NCBI GenBank assembly: GCA_964016885.1 | Contig: OZ024743.1 | Coordinates: forward strand, 245,148,001-245,212,000 | Source of the DNA: Eledone cirrhosa | Taxonomy: Eukaryota | Direction: 5' to 3' | DNA: 64,000 nt | Shown here: positions 24,698 through 36,975 of the stretch, piece after piece | How positions within the stretch are numbered: the first letter of the stretch is position 1 | Layout of the letters: every line of letters starts with the position of its first letter | The notes under the pieces: generated by a model | The model's database searches: none | What the model saw: only the letters and a program-made list of their open reading frames with translations | Told to the model about the DNA's origin: nothing | Program-made: the position numbers and the translations under genes

Positions 24698-25973
24698 GAA
24701 CATTATTGTAACAAATATCAATTTTTTTAATAATGTAGAAACTGGTACTTTTTATCTGCTTGCTCAGTGAAAATTTGTTTAAAACCTTTTGATATCAGCC
24801 TAGGTTCTACAATACAAATCTACTTGTTTTAAAGTGTTCATATTTATCTTGAAAAATACCATCATAAAATTATATGTAAGAACCATTATTAAGTTATGTT
24901 CCTAACAACAACCTAATAAAGAGAAAGTTAATCATATTTTAAAATACACCTGCCCTGCCTAATTCTTAATTATTTAAAAAAATTATTAGAAATATGACAG
25001 AAAAAGGGTTAATTCAGTTGAATTGTGTTGGCTGGTGTTAATATAAATGTATTCAGGCCTCTTACAAAGTAGCTTATAATTGAAAAGACATATGGCTATA
25101 AAATTATCAGCCAATATTCCTGCACCATCACCACTTGTGAAGGTGCATGGCTTTGTGGTTGGGTGTTAAACTCTCAATCATAAAGTTGTGACTTCAATTC
25201 TTAGCAATGCATGTGCCCTTCAGCAAGACACTTTATTTCATGCTGTTCCTTTAAAAGGCCAGTTGTGTCACGGTGAATCTCCCTGAGAATTATGTTGAGA
25301 GTATATGTGTCTGTGGAATACTCAACCACTCGCACATTAATTTCACGAACAGACAGTTCCATTGTTCAAACAAATGTAGCACTTATTGTCGGATCCAACA
25401 GAGGTCCAACAACCATCTCTACTATTGCTGCTACCACCACTATCGCCACAACAACCACCCCCATCTATTTTTTTGTCTGCATTTTCATACTGCAATAGGT
25501 TGGATAGGACGTTTTGAGGCAATGTTTTTTGGCCAGATGCCCTTTCTGATGCCAAACTTTTTAGTCACCTCTTAAAACCTGCAGAGATATGATATATCTA
25601 TTTTAAAAACAGGGATATACATTTCCTAATATACTATACATAGGAACAAAATATATGGAATGATGCTGCATTTTAGATCCATCAATCTAATGCAAGCATA
25701 TAAGAGCTATTAATCCTTTCATTATCATATTTCTAATGAAAGATACTGCTTGTGTTTCAAATCAAGAATTTAAATTGATTTAATAATATAATCAACTTAA
25801 TAAAAAAAACGTTTTGTATCATAGAACCAGAGGCAGTTTTAAGTGGTTTGATATCAAAAAGGTTAAGGATCCCGATAATGAGAATGATGTTCATGGTGGT
25901 TAGTAGTGCTGTTGGTGATTGTGGTGGCATTAGTGGTAATGACAATCATGATATTTTTTTCTTTGAGGTTTAA

Positions 25974-26140
25974 CCCTTTAGCATTTAAACCAGCCGCTCA
26001 TACTGATGTTAAGGTATTGTTCTCAAAATAAATAGTATCAAAATCTCATTAACTTGATATTATGTGAAATAATTATGTGAGGTAAAGCCTTTTCTGCGAA
26101 AATACAATAGTATATATAGAGTAATGTAAATGCTAAAGGG
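25974..26140. mobile_element. piggyBac-like MITE
   Basis: TTAA|CCCTTTAGCATTTA ... TAAATGCTAAAGGG|TTAA. Related copy at 43782-43980. Confidence 0.75.
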
Positions 26141-26786
26141 TTAATCAACACAATTGTCTGCCACAAGAAACCTGCTAGCAGCAAATCTTTGCTTCTCATT
26201 CTTTCAGAGTCAATAAATAAAGTATCAGTTCAGGGTGGCAGATTAGTAGAATTATTAGTGTTCAAGGAAATACTTTGCAGTATTTGTTTTGGCTCTTTGT
26301 GTTCTGAGTTCTTAGGTGGTGGCAAAGCTAGTACTTCGCTATTCAGTACCCTAAGCTAGCCTTAAAAGTATGACCCTTCTCCCAAATAAAATAATTTTAA
26401 CTTCTTGACACTTCTTGTTCTGACTACACTAAAGTAATTACTTAGCCTACATTTTCCACTACACAGTCAGCACTTACCTTTTAAATTTCAGCAACAGGCC
26501 CTAGGTGGCTGCCTCCAGCTGAGTTCATTCTGTTGCAATCAATTGCCATCAGGAAATATATTTACTGATCACAGGAAATTGTCATATATTTTATTTAATT
26601 AAACAGAATTATATAAAACTGTGATCCTTCAAGGTTCAGTAATGTGCATCTCAGAGGTCTGCACCTAAGTGCTGCCTGAGTGCTGCCCTTTCCTCTTTGA
26701 TTAAGTTGTTAAAAATAAAACAAAATAGAATACATAGTTACAGTAATCAGTAGTAAAATTGGGATAAAAGTGAAGAGATAACATAC

Positions 26787-27031
26787 CAAAAGAGGTTGCA
26801 TCAAAAGATATTGTACGATATTTGTGTATCCATAAAAGCAACCGATACATAATGGAGTCCATCCTGCTTTAGAGCAATTCACATCAGCACCAGCTTCGAC
26901 AAGAGATTTTACAGCAGCATAGTCGTTATTAGTTACAGCTTTCAGCAATTTCTTCTCAAGATTGCTCAAATGACAAATGGCACTTTCCAGTTTCTTACAC
27001 TTCACCCATGAACAGTCCATTCCAATACATC
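26787..27031 (-). CDS. Ankyrin-repeat protein, first recognisable coding exon (ATG at 27020; MDCSW...LLMQPLL)
   Basis: Ankyrin motifs LLKAVTNNDYAAVKSLVEAGADVN and GWTPLCIGCFYGYTNIVQYLL. Acceptor poly(T)-GCAG before 27031 and donor GTATGT after 26787; ends in phase 0. Confidence 0.9.
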
Positions 27032-27244
27032 CTGCAAAAAAAAAAAAAAAAAGAAGAAATGTTCAGATATTGGAACAAAGGCAGCATGGTTCTTTAGCCT
27101 GTCTAGGAGAGCAGAAACTAAGATGAAAAAACTTGGATCATAATATCCCATCCAACCCATGTTGGCATTAAATGATGATGTGTATTTGTGTATAATAAAT
27201 TACTTAAAGCCATCATTATTTTACTAATTTGATCAACATATAGA

Positions 27245-27610
27245 CCTCCAGCCCACACTGTAAAGTGGTCGTGATGGCGACATGACAAAATGTGCCCAGC
27301 CCACACTGTAAAGTGGTCATGATGGTACCACGACAAAAAGAGCCCAGCCCACACTATAAAGTGGCCGTGATGGTGACATGACAACCATTTTACAGCATGT
27401 ACTGGAAGTATTTTATCATGACTTCAGAACTTTCACCTTAGAAGGTAGACTGTGTGCTTATCATGGCATCAGTATTACCACCTTGTAAGGTACTTTTTGT
27501 TGTGACACCAGCACTCACCTTAGTGCAGAGTGGGTGCTTTTTACCATGGAACCAGCACCACCACTTTACAGAGTGGACTGGGTGCATTTTTATCACCATA
27601 CCAGCATTGG
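27245..27610. repeat. Tandem ~48-bp units derived from the RTE/SINE module, in two opposed blocks
   Basis: Three copies of CCAGCCCACACTGTAAAGTGG... followed by reverse-orientation degenerate units. Confidence 0.6.
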
Positions 27611-30600
27611 GAAGATACTGATGGGAGTAGAGGGAGTTGATTTTAAGATTCTTATCTCAAAATTCTGTGTTAGGGATGTTTATATTCTATGCCTGTCCTA
27701 AGAATGTTTTAACTAATCACTATAATATATAAAACAAAATAGTAGAGGTGTATATGAAAGCAGTTACCATAATGTGAATTTGATGGTGAATGTTAAAAAT
27801 ATAACATTGTTGTTGGGATGTTACCTTGCAATTCCTTATAGGTCATATTTTGGGATTAAAAGATTAATTGAAGAAATTAGTACAGAGTTGTATATTTTTT
27901 TGTCAATCTTAAGCAAAAAATTGCAGCTTAAGAGTGACAAATGTATGCTTAATATATGAAATGAAAAATGAAATATATAGCTAACACCTATGCAGGTTTA
28001 GCTGGATCTCATAGAAGATTTCTCAGGTGCTAACCCTAGTCCTATCATGAAAAGCAATATGAAAAGAAGTACTGTGCTCAAGAACACAGCCTCCTACCCA
28101 ATCCAGAAATTGAAGCAATGATCTTACGATCATGAGTTCAACACCCTAACTGTTAGACAACATGTTAGAAATTGGTCAGGAGGTTTAGTTTTGAAGGAAA
28201 TAACAGCAAGTGTCATCATCATCATGTTTTTGAGTATTTTTCCAAGCTAGCATGCATTGGATAAAACTTTTTGAAGCAGGTCTTTTATGGTTGGATGCAT
28301 TTCCTGATGCCAACACATACTTTATTTATAAGTGTGGTGTACAATACTCATTTTTGTTAAACCACCATGGTGCAGAACATAAGCAATCATCAATGCTTGC
28401 TTTAAATGTTGTAAATATGAAAAGCTAATAGTAAATTCACACACAAACATGCACACATATTGGCAAAAAATGGCTTCCAAAATTTATGAGTCTTCTTTTT
28501 TTCTTTTTAATAGTGAACAGTGTAGTGCTGGTGCTATGATAAAACTCACCCAATGCACTTTGTAAAATAGTAGTGATGGTGCCATTTTAACCCCCACCCC
28601 AATGCACTCTAAAGAGCTGGTGCTGGTGTCTTGACAAAAACCCACCCAGTACACTTTACAAAGTGGTAGTACTGGTGCCATGATAAAATGCACCCAGTAG
28701 ACACTGGAAACTGACTTGGTTCATGACAACCCATCTAACACAAGCCTGCATGGAAAAACAGACATTAATTGATGATCATAATATATGTGCATTTTTTACT
28801 CTGTAAAATAAATAAACAGAAACAATGATAGATCAAGAATACTCTTTAATCTTACTAAAGACATGATAACTTCTCTAGTGTTGGTGCCATTAAAAAATGT
28901 ACCAAGTATAGTCTGTAAAGTGGTTGGTGTTCAGAAGGGCACATAATAATGAAAACCAACTAAAAAATGGAATGTATGAGCAAGTCACAATTCCTGTGAT
29001 TCATCTAGGAGGATAGTAATTCTGAATAAGAACTGTGTCAAATCCTAATTCATCCAACATGTCGGAATGGAAACAGGACATAAAATGATGATGAACCTGA
29101 ATATATCACAAAGAATAAACTAAGATAAAAATAAAAAAATAAAAATGGTTAAAAGTTCACTTTTCTATTTTTTTGTTACACATCAGGAAGTTAATTTATT
29201 TGATAATTACTTTTACTTTTTCCTGTAGCTATGCTGAGGCATGACCTTAAAGATATTTTGGTTGATCATATCAACCTCAGTACTTATTTTTTTAAGCTTG
29301 GTATATATTTTCTTAGAGACACTGAAAAGGGTCATGGGCACTGCCCTTCCTCTTGACTGTGTGTCAAAAAGGATCATCATTATCATTTTACATCTGCATT
29401 TCAGGTTTGCATGAAAAGATGTAAAGTATTTAAAGTATTTACAGGATGTAAAGTATTTATATTTATCTAGAAACCTTCCATCATAATTTTAAATAAGAAC
29501 TTGTTAGTTAAATTATTCTCCAAACACCTTAAATGAGAAAGGTAGTTATATTACTAAATTCCTCTTTCATTAAAAATATGGTAATGAATAAGTTAACATA
29601 GCTATTATGTCTCTTTTGGCTTCTGATTATACTTCAGACAACCTGTAACCGCTCCTTGGTCCTACAAAAGTGAGCTATTTTAAAGTATTTATATTTTTAT
29701 AAAAATCTTCCATCATAATTTTATGTAAGAACCTTTATGTTCTAAATACCATTCCTCCAAAGTCATTTTCAAAATTAAAATGCAACACACAGGAATGGCT
29801 ATGGAGTTAAGAAGTTTGCTTCAATAGTATGTGATTTTGAATTCACATTGGAACTTTGGGTGTCTTCTACTATAGCTTCGAGCTGACCAACGCCTTGTGA
29901 AATTTGATAAAAGGAAATAATGTGGTAGCCCAGAGAGAGAGAGAGAGAGAGAGTGTGCGTGCGTGCGTGCGTGCGTGCGTGCGTGTGCGTGTTTACTTTT
30001 ACTGATCTGTAACTTAGCAGTTCAACAAAAAGGTATTAATGAAATAAGTACCAAACTTGAAAAGCAGTGTTCCAGAATGGCCACAATGTAAGGCCTGAAG
30101 TGTCTTTCATTAGAAATATGGTAACAAAAGGGTTAACATAGCTATTTTATTTCTTTTGTCTTCTGATTATACTTTTAGCCAATTCTTTCTCAGACATTTA
30201 AAACCATTCTGAGAAATGTTTCAATTCAATGTAAGTTTCCTGCAATTACCTATTCAGTCTGAATATTATTGATCCAAATATCAAATTCTGTCCTGCACTA
30301 TCTAACATTTTGAGTGCTGTAATGAATTTTTAATACTTTTATTTCAATTCTCTTGTCGGATTTTGATATGTTCTAGACAAGAATTCTTGTTTTATTCCTA
30401 ACATCTGGCACAAAATATTTGGTGTTAGGTAAGGCATCCAATCATAAAAACCAACCCACAAAATATGGAACATATCAGCAAGATGTCGTCCTCCAACTCA
30501 TCTAGTCATTGTCTAAATGTAAAATAGTGATACTGATGATATAATGTAAAATACAATGTTCAACCACAATATTTTCTTCTGAATAGTAAGGTACCATTTC

Positions 30601-31048
30601 AATCTGTTTTCCTATTTTTTTGTTAATGCTGGTGTCAAATGGTGGATTCTTTGTTTACTCTTTATGGTGAGCATTCAATTGTCTGACCATCTGAATTCCT
30701 ACTCATGAAATTAACATGTAAGTGGCTGAGTATTCCACAGACACACATATTTTTAATGCAATTCTAAGGCTGACCGATTGAATTACAGGTACAATCCAGA
30801 GAGAAAAATGAACTGGTGTTGTCTCAACCCTGGAAGAAAGAAAGACAAAGTTGACTTCAGCAGAATTTAAACTCAGAGCACAGAGAGCTGAAATAAATAC
30901 TGCAAGGCATTCTATCTGACACTAACGACTCTGCCAATTTACCATCATTGGTATCAAATAAGTATTGCTGTGAATGTAACTCTTGAGCAAGTGTACTGAT
31001 TGTTGATATATTTCATAGTTAGGTATATACATTTTTAGATAATATATA

Positions 31049-31231
31049 CAGGTAAAATTCCGTTATAATTAATACCATTATAACAAATTTTTCAGTATAA
31101 CAAAATTTTGTTCAGTCCTCAGGGTAATTGACAAACGGTCAATTTGTTTTGGTTGATCTCATTATAAAGAATTTTCCGATACAACAAATTTTTTTATACC
31201 CTAAAAATTTCATTATAACAGAATTTCACTG
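31049..31231. mobile_element. pogo/Tigger-like MITE
   Basis: TA|CAGGTAAAATTCCGTTATAA ... TTATAACAGAATTTCACTG inverted termini. Confidence 0.65.
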
Positions 31232-32594
31232 TGTTGTGCAGGTACATGGCTTAGTGGTTAGGGTTCCTAGTGTCATATTGTGTCCTGCAGCAAGAGACTT
31301 TATTTCACGTTGTCACAGTGACTCAGCTAAAAAAAAAAATAGTTGCACATCAATCTCCCTGAAAACAATGTTAAAAGTACATGTCTCAATGGAATGCTCA
31401 GCCACTTACATGTTAATTTCATGAGGAGGCTGTCCTGTGGTTGAATTAACTGGAACACTCATCATCAGAACTAATGGAGATCCAGCACAGACAATACATA
31501 TTCATAATTTAATATTTTTATGTATTCAACATTCTTTTAAGCAATATTTATATAGAAAATCACACACAAAGAATATCCGGACTAAGTCCATTCCAATTTT
31601 TAATTGTCTCCAATTTCAAATTCAAATCTTTCTAAATTCATCTTTAGTCTTCATATCTCAGCTTTGATAATAAAAATAACAGTAATATACTGAGCATTGA
31701 TCTATCTAACTAAATCCCTTCCCTTCACAACTGGTCAAAATATACCAATATTTATACAGTCTGACAAAGTCGACCACAAATGGAACTTCAAATTCACTGT
31801 CAAACTTTTCCTTATAAAAATAAATTCAATATTTATTCTGAAAGTTCATTTTTGTATTCAATAGCTTTCCTTTTTCCTTTCAATTAATCTTCATTAATCT
31901 TTTAATTAATCTTCATTAATCCTCACATTTAACACTTTGAATCTACTAGCAGGGTATTCAGGGCTTGACAGGTGTTTGGCTATATCCTGCGAGTTCAGTA
32001 TTCCATTCTGCCATGCACTCCTGTTTATTACTGTATCTACACCACTTTCTGCACAAATCAGCAATATATAACCAAAGTGCAGCCCCCTCTTCTTCCAGCT
32101 GTCACACCCAAGATGTTCTGTTGCATGAAGAGAGAGTCAAGATGGTGCCTGCGTTTCCTTCTGGCAACATGAGCACCTAAACCTCTTAGTAAAATCATAG
32201 TATGTACTACGAAACGATTGTGAAACAACTGTGAATACAAACGAAATAAACGAACAATCAACACATAATGTAGAAGTAGAGTGTTTATATTAAAGACAAA
32301 TGCACGTAATGATTTACATGTGTTTTCAGCTTGAAACCATTGGTAGTGCAAAGTTAAGTCAAACTGTCAATGCATATATATTTCCATTCTGCCAGCCCAG
32401 TATTCCATTCTGCCACACACCTCTGTTTACTATTATTATTTACATCACTTTCTGGATGAATAAGAGATAATTTTACATTGTCTCTTTAGTCTGAATTATT
32501 CTGTAAGCTATTACTGTAATTTTTGTCAAGTTTGTACATTTATTAAATTTTTTCAGTGATTTTTGTGCAGATGTCGATGGTTGGGGACTGCATA

Positions 32595-33413
32595 CGAGGG
32601 GTGTGAGAAAAGAAACAGGATTGGGGTCGCAAAAAAATATTTCAAATCCAAACTACAGACTACAAGTTTCCCCCTTTGAAATAATCCCCTTGAGTCTAAC
32701 ACACTTTCCTATCCTTTTCCACCACACCACCATGTACTTTTGGAAGGATTCTCCACAGTTCCATCATCACGGCCTTCCTGATGGCTTCCCATCCGGAAAA
32801 CGGGTCCCAGCAAACCTGGTGCAGTTTCAAGATGCTCAAAGATGTCCTGGTATACTTGCATGTGCTGCTCCTTCTGGTCATTGTTCAGTACCATCTTTGT
32901 GCAAATCTTCCACATGCCCAAATCTTTGGTGATAATCTTCCAAACACTGTTGCAGTTCATACCTAGCACACTTGTGATCAGTCAAACAGTCAGCCAATGA
33001 TCGCCATGCACCACCTCCCTCACGTGTTCAATGTTGGCCTCTGTCATGTTATTGAAGGCCTTCCACTTTCTCGTGTCCTTCTTTGAACCTTTTGCTTCAC
33101 CTGAAAATCCATGAGCATGACATCGTCTCATCTCCATACATTTGCTGCAATAGTCCAAGAGCTCCTGACAGAGTTTTCCCCAGCCGGACCAGAAACTTCA
33201 AGTTGGTTCTTTGCTCTGTGCCAATCACTCAATGGCCTAAAATTAAAATGTTAACAAGAGCACATGAAAAAACATACAATGGCTGCAGAGAGCTGAGATA
33301 GCAGTAATACACTCCCTGGATATTACATCACACAGTAACACAACCCACTAATCTTTACCCAACTCATAGCTCACACAACACACTAAGTCCTGTTACTTTT
33401 CTGATACACTTTG
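32595..33413 (-). mobile_element. Internally deleted mariner transposon (transposase pseudogene)
   Basis: TA|CGAGGGGTGTGAGAAAAG TIR with a degenerate right TIR. Minus-strand remnants EQRTNLKFLVRLGK, SVWKIITKDLGMWKICTKMV and QGDYFKG; the catalytic region is missing. Confidence 0.85.
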
Positions 33414-33638
33414 TTTGTACATGGCAGAGGGTCAGAGATCAAAGAATTAATAGAATCTATGGTTAACGTTTGAAAATTTATAAGTTCTTCTGTCTCTTAT
33501 ATTTGATACGACAGTTGTTTTTTTATTACTCAATCATTTAGATAATATTTTTAACAAATGGAAAAAAATCAAACCCGCATGGTTTTCTAAAATAAATTAT
33601 CATTTTACATCCCTTTTCCATACTGGCATGAGTTAGGT

Positions 33639-34113
33639 CAGTCGTGGGCCAGTGGGCCGCATGTGGCCCACGAAGCTTTCCGAATGGTTCGCCTAAGTCA
33701 GAAAAGAAAAATATTTGTCATCGTCAGACAACCGCGTAATTTTCAACATGCCTCAAAGTTGATCTACAACAGTTCAAATATTCACGTTTTGTTTCAAAAA
33801 CAAACGTTTTGTTTTCTCCGGAGAAAAATTTTTGGCGCTAATTTACATATCAGAATAATAAAATCTACGATTAAATGAAAGTGAAATATTTCTGATTTTT
33901 TTACCCCAAATTTTCAGTCGCAATTTATCTTTCTATCATGTTTACGATAGAGGAAAACAACGTGTACAAATTCTGAAGATACAAATCAAAACAACCTGAG
34001 TTACCACCCTTTTTTTAAAATTTGGGCACGAATGTAAATTAGCACTTGCGGCCCACCTGATGATGAGCCATATCTCATGTAGCCCGCTTCTCGAAAAAGG
34101 TTGTCCGTGCCTG
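33639..34113. mobile_element. hAT (Charlie-like) MITE inserted in an RTE-tail fragment
   Basis: Termini CAGTCGTGGGC.../...TTGTCCGTGCCTG, subterminal GGGCCGCATGTGGCCC and an imperfect 8-bp TSD AGTTAGGT/GGTTAGAT. Confidence 0.7.
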
Positions 34114-35395
34114 GGTTAGATGGATTATTGTGGTCTAAGACATGTGATATATATATTTTGGCAAGCCTTTTAAGACTGGATGCCCCTTCTTAATGTCAAC
34201 CACTTTGCAGAATGTACTAGATGCATTTTGATTTCGGTACCAGTACTACAACTTTACAGAGTGTACCAAGCGCATTTTATCATGATATAACTTACTAAAA
34301 TAATTAATGACCTAGAAACATAACTCTCAACAAGCTATATATAGAAGCCATATATGTCCCTCAAATCATACCATGTCTTACAAAGGTAGAAGACATTGGA
34401 TAATGTAGTCCTAGATACACTGTACTTGAATACAATAAAATAGTCACAATACACTATGACTCGGGAAAAAAAAGATGCTCACAGCTAGAATATTTGATTA
34501 TGTGTGTCCTGGATGAAGAATGATCTGGAGCTAAACTACTACTAACCAGGGCTGACTGGGGAGTTCAACTACTACTACTATGATAAACTCCATACTCTTT
34601 GGTTTCCCAATCAATGATTTCCACAGTTCTTACTATTCAGTCTAGTCAGTGATTATAATAAATCCTACACTAGATCTTTGTAACATTTGATTCATGTTTG
34701 CTTTCCATGCTGGCATGGGTTGGATGGATTGTCATAATTATCAACTGATAAGGTAGGAGTGGGGGGGGGGGACCACATCTAGCTCATATGTTCAGTTTTT
34801 GGCATGATTTCTATGGCAACTATATTAAGTTGGTATTTGAAACATAACTTAAAAGGTTTTTATATAAAATTATATTGGAAGATTTCAAAAATTAAACAGG
34901 AATCTGTCTGTAGTGCATTTACCGTGTTGAGGGAAATGAATCATAAAATAAAATTAAATATTTGCTTCATGAAGAAAAATGTAATTCTAATTGAATATTA
35001 TTAACCCTTCTGATACCAAACATGCCCAAAATCCAGCTCTGATTCCATGATACAAACCCACGCATTTTAAAAAGTTCTTATAAAAAAATATGCCAATAGG
35101 TTTTAATTTAAATTGGAACCTTTTAAAAATGTTGGCTGGTTTACAATCAAAATGGTTAATAATCTTCATATCAAGTTATGTTCTTTCTCATTTATATTTT
35201 AGTTTTATTTTATAATCTATTTCCTTTCACAACCAAATGCACTTCAGTCTGTGCTTTGATCTCTTGCCCTCTGATGACAGAATCTGTCATATATATTGAC
35301 CAAAGATAAACACTCATCATTTAGATAGGAAACCTTTTTTGTAAAAAGTCAGGGCCAAATGATGAAATCAAATGTACTGAAATAATGAGCGACCC

Positions 35396-36352
35396 CATCA
35401 TCATCATCATTTTACGTCCGCTTTTCCCTGCTTGCAAGGGTGGGACGGGTCTTATTCAGCACAGCATCTCTCCACTCGTCACGGTCCCTCGTCATCTCCA
35501 CCGTGAGCTTCAATGATCTGAGGTCTGTTCTCACCACCTCCGCCCATGTTTTTCGTGGTCTACCTCTACCACGTCTTCCTTCAACTGGCATTTCCTGGCA
35601 CTTTTTCACCCATCGGTCATCCTCCATGCGCATCACATGTCCATACCACCTCAGTTTCCTCTCCCGTACACTACATTCTATCCCTCTCAGACACAGTTCT
35701 CTCTCAACACATTTATGCTGGGTCGTTCATGCACATTTACACTGCACATCCAATGGAGCATGCTTGCCTCATTTCTCTCCAGCCGTCGCATATCCTCTGC
35801 GGTTGCTGCCCATGTCTCACTACCATGCAGCATCCCGCTCCTCACACAGGCATCATACAACCGGCCTTTCGTACGCAGGGAGAAACCCTTCGTCAACAGA
35901 GGAAGCAGCTCCCTAAACTTCTTCCAACCCGTCATTCTAGATACTATGGCCTCGGAACACCCTCCTCCCATGCTAATCTGATCTCCTAGGTACCGGAAGC
36001 TATCCACCACTTCTATAGCGCCCTCTCGCATTTGAAAAATGTGTATCAGTGCGACTTCTACTGTCTAATTTCCCTGTACATCTACTGCATACATATTTCT
36101 CCCTACCTGTTAGTTTGCCTGCTCTCCCGCTACATCTCTTGTGTACTCAGGACCTGCATTGTGTGCATTTTATAGAATTTATGCCAGTTCCTTTTCTGTA
36201 TATTGAACATGGCCATTTCCCTGACGGAATCAGGGTTTTGTCCTCTTTTCTACTCATCAACACTTTTGTCTTAGCTAGATAAAAGTGTTGATGAGTAGAA
36301 AAGAGGACAAAACCCTGATTCCGTCAGGGAAATGGCCATGTTCGATATGCAG
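35396..36352 (-). mobile_element. RTE lineage B, 5'-truncated copy with a terminal fold-back
   Basis: Closely matches 14370-15260 in reverse. 36281-36352 is an inverted copy of ~36196-36268. Confidence 0.93.
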
Positions 36353-36404
36353 TGAATGTGAGAATTTGTACTTCTGGAATTAAACATATGCTCCAGTCCC
36401 AAAT

Positions 36405-36975
36405 CATATGTTGTTATTCATAAACAACAGTTATATAGAAAACTTACTGTTCATAAACATTAGTTATATAGTAACTTTACAATCAGATCTATAGTGAACT
36501 TGTTCATAGACTTCAGTTGATATTCATTACCATCACTTATATAATGACCTTGTTCATAAACACTAGTTACATAGAGACCTTGCCACTTACAAACATCAGA
36601 TATATAGAGACCTTGCTATTCATACACAGAAGTTATATAGAGAACTTGTTAGTCACAAATATCAGTTATATAGAGACCTTGCTCATAGTAAACTTCAGTT
36701 ATATAGTGACTTTGCTGTTCATAAAAACCAGAACTCACTGTTCAAATACATCAAATATATAGAGACTTTATTGTACATGTAAAATATATACTGACTTTAT
36801 TCATAGACATCAGTTATGTAGAGACTTTGCTATTCACAAACATCAGCTATATGGAGATCATGCAAGTGATAAACAACAGTTATATAAAGAAATTACTGTT
36901 TATAAACATCAATTATAAAGAGATCTTGCCATTCATAGACATTGGTTACATAAAGAGCTTGTTTTTCATAAACAT
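36405..36975. repeat. Diverged ~33-bp minisatellite (AGTTATATAGAGACCTTGCTATTCATAAACATC-like)
   Basis: Recurring TATAGAGAC...TTCATAAACA at ~33-bp spacing; gives 11-aa periodicity in ORF 36517-36762. Confidence 0.8.

Noticed and set aside
26470-26580. Possible extra exon with a strong minus-strand AG|GTAAGT donor at ~26478
   Set aside because: The flanking exons already join in frame, and I found no convincing acceptor or ankyrin-like reading frame.
34055-34100. CTGATGA...GAAA as a possible hammerhead (also near 98-125 and 61297)
   Set aside because: No stem I/III pairing or NUH site; the first two lie inside a MITE or SINE, and the last has no matching GAAA.
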